64,000 bases of DNA from an uncultured Planctomycetota bacterium. Its GTDB lineage: Bacteria; Planctomycetota; Planctomycetia; Pirellulales; Lacipirellulaceae. Location: contig CAVRBU010000002.1 in the NCBI GenBank assembly GCA_963719315.1, positions 1,248,001 to 1,312,000 on the forward strand. Reading direction: 5' to 3'. Below are positions 21,718-31,708 of the stretch, one piece after another. The position numbers and the translations under genes are program-made. Every line of letters begins with the position of its first letter. Position 1 is the first letter of the stretch. Under the pieces are notes generated by a model. That model searched no databases. It saw only the letters and a program-made list of their open reading frames with translations, and was not told where the DNA came from.

Positions 21718-21872
21718 CGAGCAGGCCGACGGGGTTAGCTGACGGGCTAGAGCTTGAAAGTACTCCGAATCGCTACGGCGAGTCTGCGCCCCGGCACCTA
21801 TCGCGGCTAGCGCCGCGGCAGATGCGTTGGTTCCCCCGCTCTCACATAATCGGCGTGAGATTAGGCTACACG
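21718..21872 (-). ncRNA. c-di-AMP riboswitch (ydaO/yuaA class)
   Basis: Minus strand GCCTAATCTCAC...GTGAGAGCGGGGGAACCA...GGGGCG...CCCGTCAGCTAACCCCGTCGGC, with the class hallmarks in order, ~190 bp upstream of the APC permease. Confidence 0.9.
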
Positions 21873-22060
21873 TTGATAACTATAGAACCGCTTCCTCCGA
21901 CGATCAAGTCCTTCCTCGCGAGACCAATCTGAAAGCCAGCCGCCGCCTGTAGTTAGGGCAATAGTTACATTCTGAATGTCCGTGACGAGCGGTTTCACCG
22001 TTGGGCAGTCAAACTGGCCTGGATGTTCCACGATGTTTTCCGCCATAATCGCTGCCCATT

Positions 22061-22834
22061 ATGAGCAACTCTTCACGGGAAAACCCTCGGCAGCGTGTTC
22101 GACGCACTCAGTATCAGACAGCAATTCGCAACGCTTTCGCGTCCCTCGGCCCGGGCGCAATCGCCCTCCTCATGGTCTTGTTGCGCTGGACCTGCCGCGT
22201 GCGAATGCACAACGATCCGCGTCAGGCTTTGGGCGAAGCCGGCGTGCCCTACGTTTACTCGGTTCTCCACGCACAGCAACTGGCCGCTGCTACCTGCGGC
22301 CACCGCGGTACGGCCGCGATGGTCTCCCAATCGCAGGACGGCGCGTTGGTAGCGCTCGGCTTGAAATGCGTCGGCATCATCCCGATTCGCGGCTCCAGTC
22401 GCCGCCGCGGTCGCGACAATGGCGGCCTGGCGGCACTCAATAATCTTATCGAGCATGTTCGCAGCGGCGGCCCGGCGTATCTTGCCGTCGATGGCCCGCG
22501 CGGACCGCGCAACCGCGTCCACAAAGGCATCGCCGTACTCTCCCGACAAGCCAATGCAGCCGTCATCAATGTCGTCGTCGTGCCCAGCCGCCGCTGGATC
22601 ATCAAACGCAGTTGGGACCGCCTGCAAATCCCCGTTCCATTCTGCCGCATCGACACCTATTTCAGCGAGCCGCTTCGCCCACAACCCGGTGAGACCGCGG
22701 AAATCTACCGCCGTCGAATCGAAGCCGACCTCAATGCGCTGGAACAGCTTCACGACCCAACTGAGGCAGCACGTGTAACCCGATCTCGGACTGATTTACG
22801 CGAGCAAAATACCGATAACTCGGCCGCAGCGTGA
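22061..22834 (+). CDS. DUF374 / lysophospholipid acyltransferase family protein
   Basis: MVSQSQDG, IRGSS, AVDGPRGP, SWDRLQIPVPF. Confidence 0.88.
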   Translation: MSNSSRENPRQRVRRTQYQTAIRNAFASLGPGAIALLMVLLRWTCRVRMHNDPRQALGEAGVPYVYSVLHAQQLAAATCGHRGTAAMVSQSQDGALVALGLKCVGIIPIRGSSRRRGRDNGGLAALNNLIEHVRSGGPAYLAVDGPRGPRNRVHKGIAVLSRQANAAVINVVVVPSRRWIIKRSWDRLQIPVPFCRIDTYFSEPLRPQPGETAEIYRRRIEADLNALEQLHDPTEAARVTRSRTDLREQNTDNSAAA

Positions 22835-22968
22835 TTTGCCTCAGTTCGCCGATCGGAGCCCTGTCTCTTCACTGTGCTCCCGAATCGGTAAATAACGCCC
22901 GAATTCTGACCGGGTACCGCATGCCGAGGGCCACGCAAGTATTTTCAGCTACGCTATAATCAACATCT

Positions 22969-23655
22969 ATGGAACGAACTCGTTTAGTTCGGAATCTGCG
23001 TATTGCAGCGGCCCTACTGTGCCTTGCCGCGTGTGCATTTCTAATCGCAATTTGGTACCGCAGCTATAACTGCTTTGATGTGATTCGCGTACCGCTCCCC
23101 GGTTCACATGGACTTCAGATCATTTCAAGCGATGGCCGGCTGCAGCTTATCGAATATCGACCATCCATCCCAGTTCGCTGGCAATGGAGCAGAGTGACGT
23201 TACAAGCGCTCAATAATGAGCCTGTGATGCTCCAACTGAAGAAGCGATATCAGATGCTTCTAATGTCTCTGGCACGGCAGCTCGCCGAGCAACGACCAAC
23301 CGATTCTTCGCGTGATTTAGAAGCGCAGTTGGAACTAACCAAACGCGACTTTGAGGATTTTCTCGAAGAGCTTAAACAACGGTTGTTGCGCACTTGGCCG
23401 ATTGCGCCCAATACTTCTTCCCCGTCAAGTATTAACATAGGTCCGATGGCAAAAATTCACTTTGGGTTCAGTTATCAGTCGTCGTCGAGCGGCGCAATAC
23501 TCGGAGTTCCGTTTTGGTTTTTGGTTTTGTTGAGCGGAGCGTGTGCTGCACTTATCGGGGTACGATGGCGTCTGCGATTTAGCCTGCGCACAATGCTAAT
23601 CGCCACGACGCTCGCCGCTATCGCGCTGGGTATTGTCACGGCAATGAAGCACTGA
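22969..23655 (+). CDS. Planctomycete-type hypothetical membrane protein
   Basis: N-terminal TM ending WYRSY; C-terminal VPFWFLV...RFSLRTMLIATTLAA. Confidence 0.75.
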   Translation: MERTRLVRNLRIAAALLCLAACAFLIAIWYRSYNCFDVIRVPLPGSHGLQIISSDGRLQLIEYRPSIPVRWQWSRVTLQALNNEPVMLQLKKRYQMLLMSLARQLAEQRPTDSSRDLEAQLELTKRDFEDFLEELKQRLLRTWPIAPNTSSPSSINIGPMAKIHFGFSYQSSSSGAILGVPFWFLVLLSGACAALIGVRWRLRFSLRTMLIATTLAAIALGIVTAMKH

Positions 23656-23710
23656 CCTTTCACCTCGCACGCCACAAGCCAATCACAGAAACTTCGCAAA
23701 GGTAGTTTCA

Positions 23711-24043
23711 ATGACCATCGAACAACTCATCTTCATCGGGCTCAACGGCTACGCCCTCGCGCTCGATCGCGAAAGCGGTGAAATCGTGTGGTCCAATAGT
23801 GAAATGAAAAGCGGCTACGTCACGTTGTTGCTGGACTTCGATCGCCTGATCGTTTCCACCAACGGCTACATTTATTGCCTCGATCCGCTTACCGGCAAAA
23901 CGCTGTGGCACAATCCGCTCAAGGGCTACGGCATGGGCTCGCCCGCCGCGCTCGTTTCCGTGCGAGGCCAAAGCTCTCAGACCGTCATCGAGCTGGCTGC
24001 CGCAGCCGCCGCGGCCGCCGCGGCTGGCGGAACTGCAACATAG
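23711..24043 (+). CDS. Small PQQ-like beta-propeller repeat protein
   Basis: ALDRESGEIVW and CLDPLTGKTLW repeats. Confidence 0.8.
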   Translation: MTIEQLIFIGLNGYALALDRESGEIVWSNSEMKSGYVTLLLDFDRLIVSTNGYIYCLDPLTGKTLWHNPLKGYGMGSPAALVSVRGQSSQTVIELAAAAAAAAAAGGTAT

Positions 24044-24169
24044 CCGCGAAACGCCGCATTCGCTGCCTCTGGCAAAGTGCATCGATATGCGCGATAATGG
24101 CGCGGCCGTTACGTCGCGAATGTCAAGATTCGCACTCCCTGCGTCGATCCATTTCGAGAGGCAGCCTCA

Positions 24170-24448
24170 ATGCCTGACCTCACAAAAGCCCGCGTCGCTT
24201 CACTCAGCCCTCGGCAGCGCGAAATCGTGCGTCTCACGAGCCTCGGTTGCACGAGTCACGAAATCGCTGCCATCCTCGGCATGTCGCGGTGGACCGTCGA
24301 GAACCATCAGTTCCAAGCCAAAGAGCGACTCGGCGTCAGCAAAGCGGCTCTCCTCACGCGCGTCGCCATCAAATACAAGATCAGCCCGCTCAACGATGCG
24401 CTGACTAAGTCTGAACTGCGCAAGCTGGCACGCAAAACCGCCAAATAG
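24170..24448 (+). CDS. LuxR-family HTH regulator
   Basis: LSPRQREIVRL...GCTSHEIAAILGMSRWTVENH. Confidence 0.88.
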   Translation: MPDLTKARVASLSPRQREIVRLTSLGCTSHEIAAILGMSRWTVENHQFQAKERLGVSKAALLTRVAIKYKISPLNDALTKSELRKLARKTAK

Positions 24449-24630
24449 CGCCGTAGTCGCGGCAATTCTGGCTAACGGCGACCGCTGATAGCATTGCGCT
24501 ACCCATTGCACTGGCGGCTCTTTCGCCGGTTTGCCATACTTCGCCCGCCATCGTGCTGGCGTAGGACTGATGCCTCGCGTCGCGTTCACCGCTCCTCTCC
24601 GGAACGTCTCACCTAGGAAAACTTCCCTCG

Positions 24631-25497
24631 ATGCCCTTTCTCATCCGCTCCAAATCCGCCCGACGCAAAAAGCGAGGCGCGTGGCAACAGGTCGCTCTCG
24701 TCGGTGGCTTCCTGGCCGGACGGCATTTCGTCGGCGCGAACGACCTCCACTACGGCTACTGGATCGACGGCCTGGAGGTGATCATCCGCAATTTGCCGCG
24801 CGCTCAAGAAGAGTATTGCCGGTTCTTGCTGGAACACGTCCCCACCGACGCCAAGCGCATCTTGGATGTCGGTTGCGGCGCCGGCGGCGTGGCCTCGAAG
24901 CTAGTCGCGCGCGGCCACCAGGTCGATTGCGTTAGCCCCAGCGGATTTCTGAACAGCCAGGCCCGCGCCCTGCTCGGCGACAAAGCCCGTATCTTCGAAT
25001 GCAAATACGAGGAATATGATACGACGGAAACCTATGACGCCGTCTTGTTCTGCGAAAGCTTCCAATACGTAAAAATGCAGACCGGGCTCGACAAGGTCGT
25101 CTCGCAGCTTCGCAACGGGGGCAGCTTGGTGATTTGCGATTTCTTCCGGCTTCCCGGCGATGGCCAAAGTCCAATCAGCGGCGGTCATCGCATCAACGAA
25201 TTTCAAGAGATCATCGCCCAGTATCCCTTCCGTCTCGTCGAAGAAATCGACATCACGGACCGCACGGCCCCCACGTTCACCGTCATTGATAGTGCATTCA
25301 GCGAAGTGTTGAAACCCATCTGGGACGAAGTCGACCGCGCAGCCCAATCCACGCGTCCCTGGATCTCCAAGTGCATCAATTGGTTCTTCAAGCACAAGCT
25401 CGAAAAGGTGAAGAGCAAATACTTCACGCACGAACGCAGTGCTGAGAACTTCCAGAAGTATAAATCGTACCGCTTGATGCGCTTCGAGCGGCGGTAG
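24631..25497 (+). CDS. Class I SAM-dependent methyltransferase
   Basis: LHYGYW, ILDVGCGAG, YDAVLFCES. Confidence 0.9.
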   Translation: MPFLIRSKSARRKKRGAWQQVALVGGFLAGRHFVGANDLHYGYWIDGLEVIIRNLPRAQEEYCRFLLEHVPTDAKRILDVGCGAGGVASKLVARGHQVDCVSPSGFLNSQARALLGDKARIFECKYEEYDTTETYDAVLFCESFQYVKMQTGLDKVVSQLRNGGSLVICDFFRLPGDGQSPISGGHRINEFQEIIAQYPFRLVEEIDITDRTAPTFTVIDSAFSEVLKPIWDEVDRAAQSTRPWISKCINWFFKHKLEKVKSKYFTHERSAENFQKYKSYRLMRFERR

Positions 25498-25520
25498 TGC
25501 CCTGGCCATGCGGATTTGAT

Positions 25521-25606
25521 GGGTGGCATGCTCTCCCGCCGCGGCGGGTGAGCATGTCTTGGGCGGAATCACGCCTGCGCCGCAGCGCGGCGAAGGAATG
25601 CCACCC
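25521..25606. repeat. REP-like palindromic doublet (GGGTGGCATG family)
   Basis: gggtggcatg...atgccaccc with two internal hairpins; homologous to 28482-28574; lies between convergent genes. Confidence 0.7.
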
Positions 25607-25612
25607 TGCATT

Positions 25613-25825
25613 TCACCCTGGCGCCCTGCGTCTTGCTTTCTTAGCCGGCTGGAGCGTCGGACGCTTCTTGAGTTCTTCCAGTTCATTGGACAGACGAATG
25701 TGCAGCGGACTCTCGCCGCTCATGCCGTCCAGCATTGCTTCGGCCGTAGCCAGCTCTTCGGGCGTAATTTCTACACCGCCGCGAAATAGAGTACGCCAAG
25801 CATTCGTGATTTCACGTTCGTCCAC
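25613..25825 (-). CDS. Hypothetical protein
   Basis: 70 aa, GAGG RBS, overlaps the desaturase stop. Confidence 0.65.
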   Translation of the reverse strand: MDEREITNAWRTLFRGGVEITPEELATAEAMLDGMSGESPLHIRLSNELEELKKRPTLQPAKKARRRAPG

Positions 25826-26918
25826 ATTTCACCTCACTGAATGGAACCATTCGCTGAAGACGCTCATCCCAAAGTTTCATCCGGGTGCATCGAACACTGT
25901 CCGAAAGACCTAGCGTAACAGCTTGTCGCATCTCGGGCACGACCGCATAGCAGAGCGGCAGATTGTAATTCGGAATTCGGCTTTCCAGATGATGGATGTG
26001 GTGAAAGCCGATATTGCCGGTGAACCATTGCAGCACCCGCGGCAAACGGTAATAGGAACTGCCCTCGAATGCCGCACGAATGAAATCCCAACGATCGTGC
26101 GGCTGCCAATACGCGCGCTCATATTGATGCTGCACGAAAAACAGCCAACTGCCGATCGCTGCGCCCAGAACAATAATCGGCACATGCACGAGTAGAAAAG
26201 GCGCGAGCCCAATCGTGTACCACGCCACGGCCAGGACTCCCAAGATTCCCGCGTTCGTTATGTGCACGCTTCTGCGCTCGCGACGCCAATTGAGCGGCAC
26301 ACGATACGTAAATCGTTGTCGAACGATGAACAACAAGCTCGGCCCGATCACAAACAAAAATAGCGGGTGGCGATACAATCGATATTGAAACCTCGCAAAC
26401 ACGGAGCGGTTAAGATACTCGTCGACCGTCAACACCCACACATCGCCATGTCCTCGGTTCGTGAGGTCGCCGCTGCTCGCGTGATGCCTAGAGTGACTTC
26501 GGCGCCACAAGCTGTACGGCGTCAGAGTGAAGAGACTGCAGAAAGCGCCCAGCGCGTCGTTCGCCCAACGACTTCTAAAAAACGAATGATGACCGCAATC
26601 GTGCTGGATGATGAATACCCGCACCAACAGGCCCGCGGTTGGAATAGCGAGCAGCAACGTAAGACAATACGACCAGGAAACGCTCAGATACATCAAATAC
26701 CAAAGTCCACAGAACGGCGCCAGGGAGTTAAGCACCTGCCAACCGCTCTTTAACTGGTGAGGACGCTTGAACCGCGCCATCGCACCGGTCCAGCTAGACG
26801 TGCCCTCGTCAAGCGGGCTCGAATCCAATGGTTCAATCACAATGCTTCCGTCGCCGCCGCTCAACTGTGGAACACTCTGAATTACTTCCCTGACTGAATC
26901 AGTGTCCGTACTCGACAT
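25812..26918 (-). CDS. Membrane fatty acid desaturase
   Basis: His boxes HDCGH, HSRHH and HHIHH. Confidence 0.93.
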   Translation of the reverse strand: MSSTDTDSVREVIQSVPQLSGGDGSIVIEPLDSSPLDEGTSSWTGAMARFKRPHQLKSGWQVLNSLAPFCGLWYLMYLSVSWSYCLTLLLAIPTAGLLVRVFIIQHDCGHHSFFRSRWANDALGAFCSLFTLTPYSLWRRSHSRHHASSGDLTNRGHGDVWVLTVDEYLNRSVFARFQYRLYRHPLFLFVIGPSLLFIVRQRFTYRVPLNWRRERRSVHITNAGILGVLAVAWYTIGLAPFLLVHVPIIVLGAAIGSWLFFVQHQYERAYWQPHDRWDFIRAAFEGSSYYRLPRVLQWFTGNIGFHHIHHLESRIPNYNLPLCYAVVPEMRQAVTLGLSDSVRCTRMKLWDERLQRMVPFSEVKCGRT

Positions 26919-27205
26919 AAATCATTTCCAATTGCAACCCGCACGAATGACAGCGGAGAGTTGTCGCGGCAGCTTAAGCTTATTCTACCCGCTCGTCGCC
27001 TCTCGCAGGGCTCTGAAATCTGACTTCAGGGTAAAAACTCAGAATGTCCTTACGGTCCCTGAATGGCGTTGATCTCCTCGTAAGGGAACGCAAATCGCCG
27101 TTACCCCTAGCATACGCAACACCTGTCCTCGGGAAAGCGGGTGGCGGCTTTCGTTTTCTGCTATGGGATGACACAATGGGGCGGCCGCGCGGCAACACGG
27201 CGCGC

Positions 27206-27251
27206 GGGGCAGGTATTCCTGACTGCTGGCAGACAAGAATGCCTGTCCCAC
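27206..27251. repeat. REP-like palindrome (GGGGCAG.CATTCCTG.CTGC family)
   Basis: ggggcaggtattcctgactgc-tg-gcagacaagaatgcctgtccc. Confidence 0.65.
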
Positions 27252-27283
27252 CTACTTGACACCCAACGCACAGCACCTTGTGT

Positions 27284-28351
27284 ATGAGCAACCAGGCTCC
27301 CGTACCACCAGCACCCGGTTTTCAATTCGCGAGCGACAACACGGCCGGCATCTGCCCCGAGGCGCTGGCAGCTTTAATCGAAGCCAACGTCGGTGCGACG
27401 GCCTCTTACGGCAACGACGAGTTTACGGCCAAGGTTTCGAGCCGGCTGCGCGAGATATTCGAATTCGAGTGCGAGATATTCTTCGTGTTCAACGGCACTG
27501 CGGCCAACTCGCTGGCCGTATCCACTTGCTGCCAGCCGTACCATAGTGTGATCTGCGCCAACGTCGCCCACCTCGAAACGGATGAGTGCGGCGGGCCGGA
27601 GTTCTTTTCCGGCGGAGCAAAGGTGCTCGTGGCCGAATCGCGCGATGGAAAAATCCTGCCGGCATCGGTCGAGAAATTGATCACCGGCCGCAAGGACATT
27701 CATTACCCCAAGCCGCACGTCATCAGTCTCACGCAACCCACCGAGTTGGGAACGAATTACAGCCTTGACGAAATCATTCAGCTCAGTCATCTCGCGCGGC
27801 GGTTCGGACTGCGGCTGCACATGGACGGCGCGCGGTTTGCCAATTCCCTCGCGACTCTCGGCAAAGCGCCGAGCGAGATCACATGGAAGGCGGGTGTCGA
27901 TATTCTGTGCCTCGGCGGGGCGAAGATCGGCTTGCCGCTGGGCGAAGCGATTCTGTTTTTCAACCAGGAGCTGGCCTCGGAGTTTGCCTATCGCTGCAAG
28001 CAAGCGGGGCAATTGGCGTCGAAGATGCGATTCCTCACCGCGCCGTGGCTGGGCGTTCTCAACGATTCGGTCTGGCTGCGGCACGCCGCGCACGCCAACG
28101 CGATGGCCCAGAGGCTGTCGCAGGGTCTGGCTGAAATCGCAGGCGTACAGATTCTCCATCCGACCGACGTGAACGCAGTCTTTGTCGCGCTGTCGGACGC
28201 CTGCCATCGCAAACTTGCCGAGCGGGGTTGGCACTATTACACATTCATCGGGCGCGGCGGTGCGCGATTCATGTGCTCCTGGGCGACGACCGAGCAGGAT
28301 GTCGATCTGCTGCTGGCCGACATTCGATCCGTGAAGTCACAACAGCTTTGA
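27284..28351 (+). CDS. ltaE: Low-specificity L-threonine aldolase (PLP)
   Basis: FASDN, FNGTAAN, HMDGARFANS, GQLASKMRF, RFMCSW. Confidence 0.88.
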   Translation: MSNQAPVPPAPGFQFASDNTAGICPEALAALIEANVGATASYGNDEFTAKVSSRLREIFEFECEIFFVFNGTAANSLAVSTCCQPYHSVICANVAHLETDECGGPEFFSGGAKVLVAESRDGKILPASVEKLITGRKDIHYPKPHVISLTQPTELGTNYSLDEIIQLSHLARRFGLRLHMDGARFANSLATLGKAPSEITWKAGVDILCLGGAKIGLPLGEAILFFNQELASEFAYRCKQAGQLASKMRFLTAPWLGVLNDSVWLRHAAHANAMAQRLSQGLAEIAGVQILHPTDVNAVFVALSDACHRKLAERGWHYYTFIGRGGARFMCSWATTEQDVDLLLADIRSVKSQQL

Positions 28352-28365
28352 ACAGAATGAAACTA

Positions 28366-28435
28366 AACCGCCAAGATCGCCAAGAAAATGCATTGCTGTT
28401 TTTTCTTTCTTGGCGTCCTTAGCGACTTGGCGGTT
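28366..28435. repeat. Palindrome AACCGCCAAG...CTTGGCGGTT
   Basis: Nested inverted repeats between convergent genes. Confidence 0.65.
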
Positions 28436-28481
28436 CAGACTGTTGAGTGCTCTAAGAACCGTTTGTTGGTTGTGCAACATC

Positions 28482-28574
28482 GGGTGGCATGCTTTCGCGG
28501 CCGGAGGCTGCGTAAGCATGGGGCGTAACCCGGTCCGCATGCCTACGCCGTCGGACGGCGAAGGTATGGCGCCC
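28482..28574. repeat. REP-like palindromic doublet (GGGTGGCATG family)
   Basis: Same architecture as 25521-25606. Confidence 0.7.
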
Positions 28575-28587
28575 AGCTCGAAGAATG

Positions 28588-30183
28588 CTATCGGCCGCCC
28601 GTATTGCCGGAGGCCAGCGGTTTGCGCAGCGGGCGGCCCGCGAGGATATCTTGTGCCACGCCGTCAGCAATCGCGATTTTTCCGTTCACCAGTAGCCAGC
28701 GGACACCGACTGAACTTTCGAACGGTTTTTCGAAGGTCGCGCGGTCCTCGAATTGTTTGGGATCAAACACCACGATATCCGCAGCAAGATTCTCGCGCAA
28801 ATAGCCGCGGTCCTTCATGCTGAGGATGTCGGCCGGCAGGCCGGTGGCGCTGCGAACGGCAGCGGGCAGCGGCAACACTTTGTCCTGGATCGCGTAACGG
28901 CCGATCTTTCGAGAAAATGTGCCAAAGCTGCGAGGGTGGGGCCGGGAGCCGTCGTCGACTTTACTACTGCCGTCGGAAGCCGTGGCGACCCAGGGAAGCG
29001 TCATCACAAAGCGAACGTCGGCTTCGTCCATCCCGAAGTTGACGCCTGAAGCACCTGGGTCCTCACGCAGCAACTCGAGCGCGACATCTTCCGGTTCCCG
29101 CTTTTCCTCGGTGGCGATATCCGCGATCATCTTGCCGACCCACTGCGGCTTCTTGGAGCTATCGGCAACCATGATTAGTCCGCGGGAGTCGAGCGCCTTT
29201 GCGATGATCGGCCGTAGGCGCTTTACCTGTTCTTCATCGTGGAGACGTTTGGCGGTAGCCCGCTCGCCGCCTTCGCGCTCCTCGTCGGGCAGAAGAAAGG
29301 CCATGATGGATGTTGACGACGCAGTGTAAGGGTACTGATCGGCGGTGATCCGCAGGCCCTCGCGGCGAGCTGCTTCGATCAGGTGGGCGGCCGCGTGGAC
29401 CTTTCCCCAGTTGGGCTTCTTACTGGCCTTCAGGTGCGAAACGTGGCACGGCAGGTGGCCGCCACGAGCGATGTCGATCACCTCCTGGATGGATTCAAGG
29501 AGCTCGTCGCCTTCGTCGCGGATGTAGCTGGCGTAGAAACCGCCGCGATTGCCAACGGCCTGCGCCATCGCGATCAACTCATCCGTCTTGGCGAATGCGC
29601 CCGGCACGTATTGCAAGCCAGTCGACATGCCCCACGCGCCTTCTTGCATGGCGGCGTCGGCGAGGTCTTGCATCTTCTTGAGCTCGTCGGCCGTCGGCGC
29701 GCGGCGAACTTTACCCATCACTTTGTCGCGCACTTCCCCGTGCGGGATAAGCTGGGCAATGTTGATTCCAATCCCAGCCTCGGCAAGGTCGTCATAGAAT
29801 TTGCCGACATCCGCCCGCCCGCCGCCGCAGTTACCAGTCACCAGCGTCGTGCAGCCTTGCGTGAGGTAGCACCGGGCGCTGCGATTCTTCGGCTCCAGAA
29901 TCGAGTCGTCACTGTGATTGTGCAAGTCAATGAAACCCGGCGCAATGATGAGGCCCCGGCAATCAATCGTCTGGTCCGCTGACCTGTTTTCGATTTTGCC
30001 GACAGCAACGATCCGGCCATCGGCGATGGCGACACTGCCTTCATAGGGCACGCCTCCCGTTCCATCCACCATCGTGCCGCCCTGGAGCAGCACATCGACA
30101 CTCGGCGGCGATTCTGCGATCGCGCCGACGACGTTAACAAGGACAAAATAGTGGGCAAGAATTGCTGCGAGAATCGAGCGCAT
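28588..30183 (-). CDS. N-acyl-D-amino-acid deacylase (amidohydrolase)
   Basis: PGFIDLHNHSD, GNCG, STGLQY, ADQYPY, HPRSFGTF. Confidence 0.92.
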   Translation of the reverse strand: MRSILAAILAHYFVLVNVVGAIAESPPSVDVLLQGGTMVDGTGGVPYEGSVAIADGRIVAVGKIENRSADQTIDCRGLIIAPGFIDLHNHSDDSILEPKNRSARCYLTQGCTTLVTGNCGGGRADVGKFYDDLAEAGIGINIAQLIPHGEVRDKVMGKVRRAPTADELKKMQDLADAAMQEGAWGMSTGLQYVPGAFAKTDELIAMAQAVGNRGGFYASYIRDEGDELLESIQEVIDIARGGHLPCHVSHLKASKKPNWGKVHAAAHLIEAARREGLRITADQYPYTASSTSIMAFLLPDEEREGGERATAKRLHDEEQVKRLRPIIAKALDSRGLIMVADSSKKPQWVGKMIADIATEEKREPEDVALELLREDPGASGVNFGMDEADVRFVMTLPWVATASDGSSKVDDGSRPHPRSFGTFSRKIGRYAIQDKVLPLPAAVRSATGLPADILSMKDRGYLRENLAADIVVFDPKQFEDRATFEKPFESSVGVRWLLVNGKIAIADGVAQDILAGRPLRKPLASGNTGGR

Positions 30184-30479
30184 AAAGAGTTCAAGCGAAA
30201 ATAAATTGACGACTTTTCGAACACACGGTGTGACGAATGATTCAACGCAAGTCATTGACAACGCAGGGCATAAATCGTTCAGTGAGATGCATTTTTTTAG
30301 CGAAACTCGATAATTCGTAGCAATATCCCGCGAGTTTTGTGACTACGTCGGGCGGAGGAGTCTGCAAAACTTGCTCCGAGGCGAATCGATCACTTGTCGT
30401 CGGCGCTCGCTTCGATTTATTGTGACGAAGGATTTACAATGGCGGAAGCCCCCGTCGACCGATTTGAACCTGCTGTGAT

Positions 30480-31652
30480 TTGTTGGAGCTTCGGGTGGTA
30501 GAAGGAATCGCGATAGACGGTCACGCTCGCGCCGCTCGTTTGAAGAACGAATTGATTGCGGCAACGAGCTATTACTCGACCGATTATTTCGCCGCTCGCG
30601 AGCGGTTTCTTGCGGCGTGCGCCCAATCGGGTCTCGCACACCACGCGTTGCAGATTCATGCCCCGAGTCCGCGGCCAGAACCGCTCACGATCGACATCGC
30701 GATCGCCGGCGCCAAAAAACCGAGGACGGCGCTCGTGTTATCGAGCGGCGTGCATGGTGTTGAGGGCTTGTTCGGGTCGGCCGTGCAGTTGGCGTTTTTG
30801 GAGCAGTTGGCTTCGCACGAGTATCCGCCGGCGGAAGCCGCGGTGGTTTTGATTCACGCGGTCAATCCGTTCGGGTTCGCCTGGCAGCGGCGTTTCAATG
30901 AAGACAACGTCGATCTCAATCGCAATTTTTTACTGCCCGGTGAGCCCTATGCTGGCTCGCCGCCGCTGGCCGAAAAATTTCGCCGTGCGATGAAACCCCG
31001 CCGGCCGCGCACGCGATTTGGTTTTTGGACGGCTCGCATGGTGCTCCTCGCGCTCTGCCACGGCATTCATTCGCTCTGGGAAACGTTGCCTGTCGGGCAA
31101 TACGACTATCCCGATTGGCTGTACTACGGGGGAAGCGGACCAACGCAGTCGTTGCGTGCGCTGGAACGTTTCTTGCCGACGTTGCTCGATGAAGCAAACG
31201 AAGTCGTGCATCTCGATTTTCACACCGGACTCGGCCGCTGGTCCAAATGCGAACTGCTCGTGTCGGATTCCGAAGGGTCCGACAATTGCGAGTGGTGGCT
31301 CGAACATTTCGAGGGCGACATGGTCAAAAAGCTCAAAACCTTCACGCGCGCGTACGAAGTCCGCGGCGGCTTTGGACCGTGGCTGTGCACATTGTTTCCC
31401 GACTGCCAGTACCGATACGCCGTCGCGGAGTTTGGCACCTATTCACCGCTACGAGTTATGGGCGCGCTTGTTGACGAATTGCACTGGCATCGTGAATTCG
31501 GCAACGATTCGCCGCAACACCGCTCGCGTCGCAAATTGGCCGATACGTTCGTGCCCCGCAGTCGAAGCTGGCGCACGAAAGCCCTTCGCACGGGCGTCGC
31601 ATTGGCTGAACGCTCAGCCCACCTGCTTTGGAACTCGGCAAACCGCCGATGA
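30480..31652 (+). CDS. DUF2817 / M14 carboxypeptidase-like protein
   Basis: SGVHGVEG, NPFGF...RFNEDNVDLNRNF, DFHTG, EFGT. Start uncertain. Confidence 0.85.
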   Translation: MLELRVVEGIAIDGHARAARLKNELIAATSYYSTDYFAARERFLAACAQSGLAHHALQIHAPSPRPEPLTIDIAIAGAKKPRTALVLSSGVHGVEGLFGSAVQLAFLEQLASHEYPPAEAAVVLIHAVNPFGFAWQRRFNEDNVDLNRNFLLPGEPYAGSPPLAEKFRRAMKPRRPRTRFGFWTARMVLLALCHGIHSLWETLPVGQYDYPDWLYYGGSGPTQSLRALERFLPTLLDEANEVVHLDFHTGLGRWSKCELLVSDSEGSDNCEWWLEHFEGDMVKKLKTFTRAYEVRGGFGPWLCTLFPDCQYRYAVAEFGTYSPLRVMGALVDELHWHREFGNDSPQHRSRRKLADTFVPRSRSWRTKALRTGVALAERSAHLLWNSANRR

Positions 31653-31708
31653 GTGAAACTCGCTGCGGCACCAGAAGAGGGATCTATGCGAGCAGTCGCA
31701 TAGTCCTA

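Noticed and set aside
27060..27150. c-di-GMP-I (GEMM) riboswitch suggested by GTAA loop and ACGCAAA
   Set aside because: The 5' GGCAAA-type element and tetraloop receptor are not recognisable; kept only as an unassigned structure.
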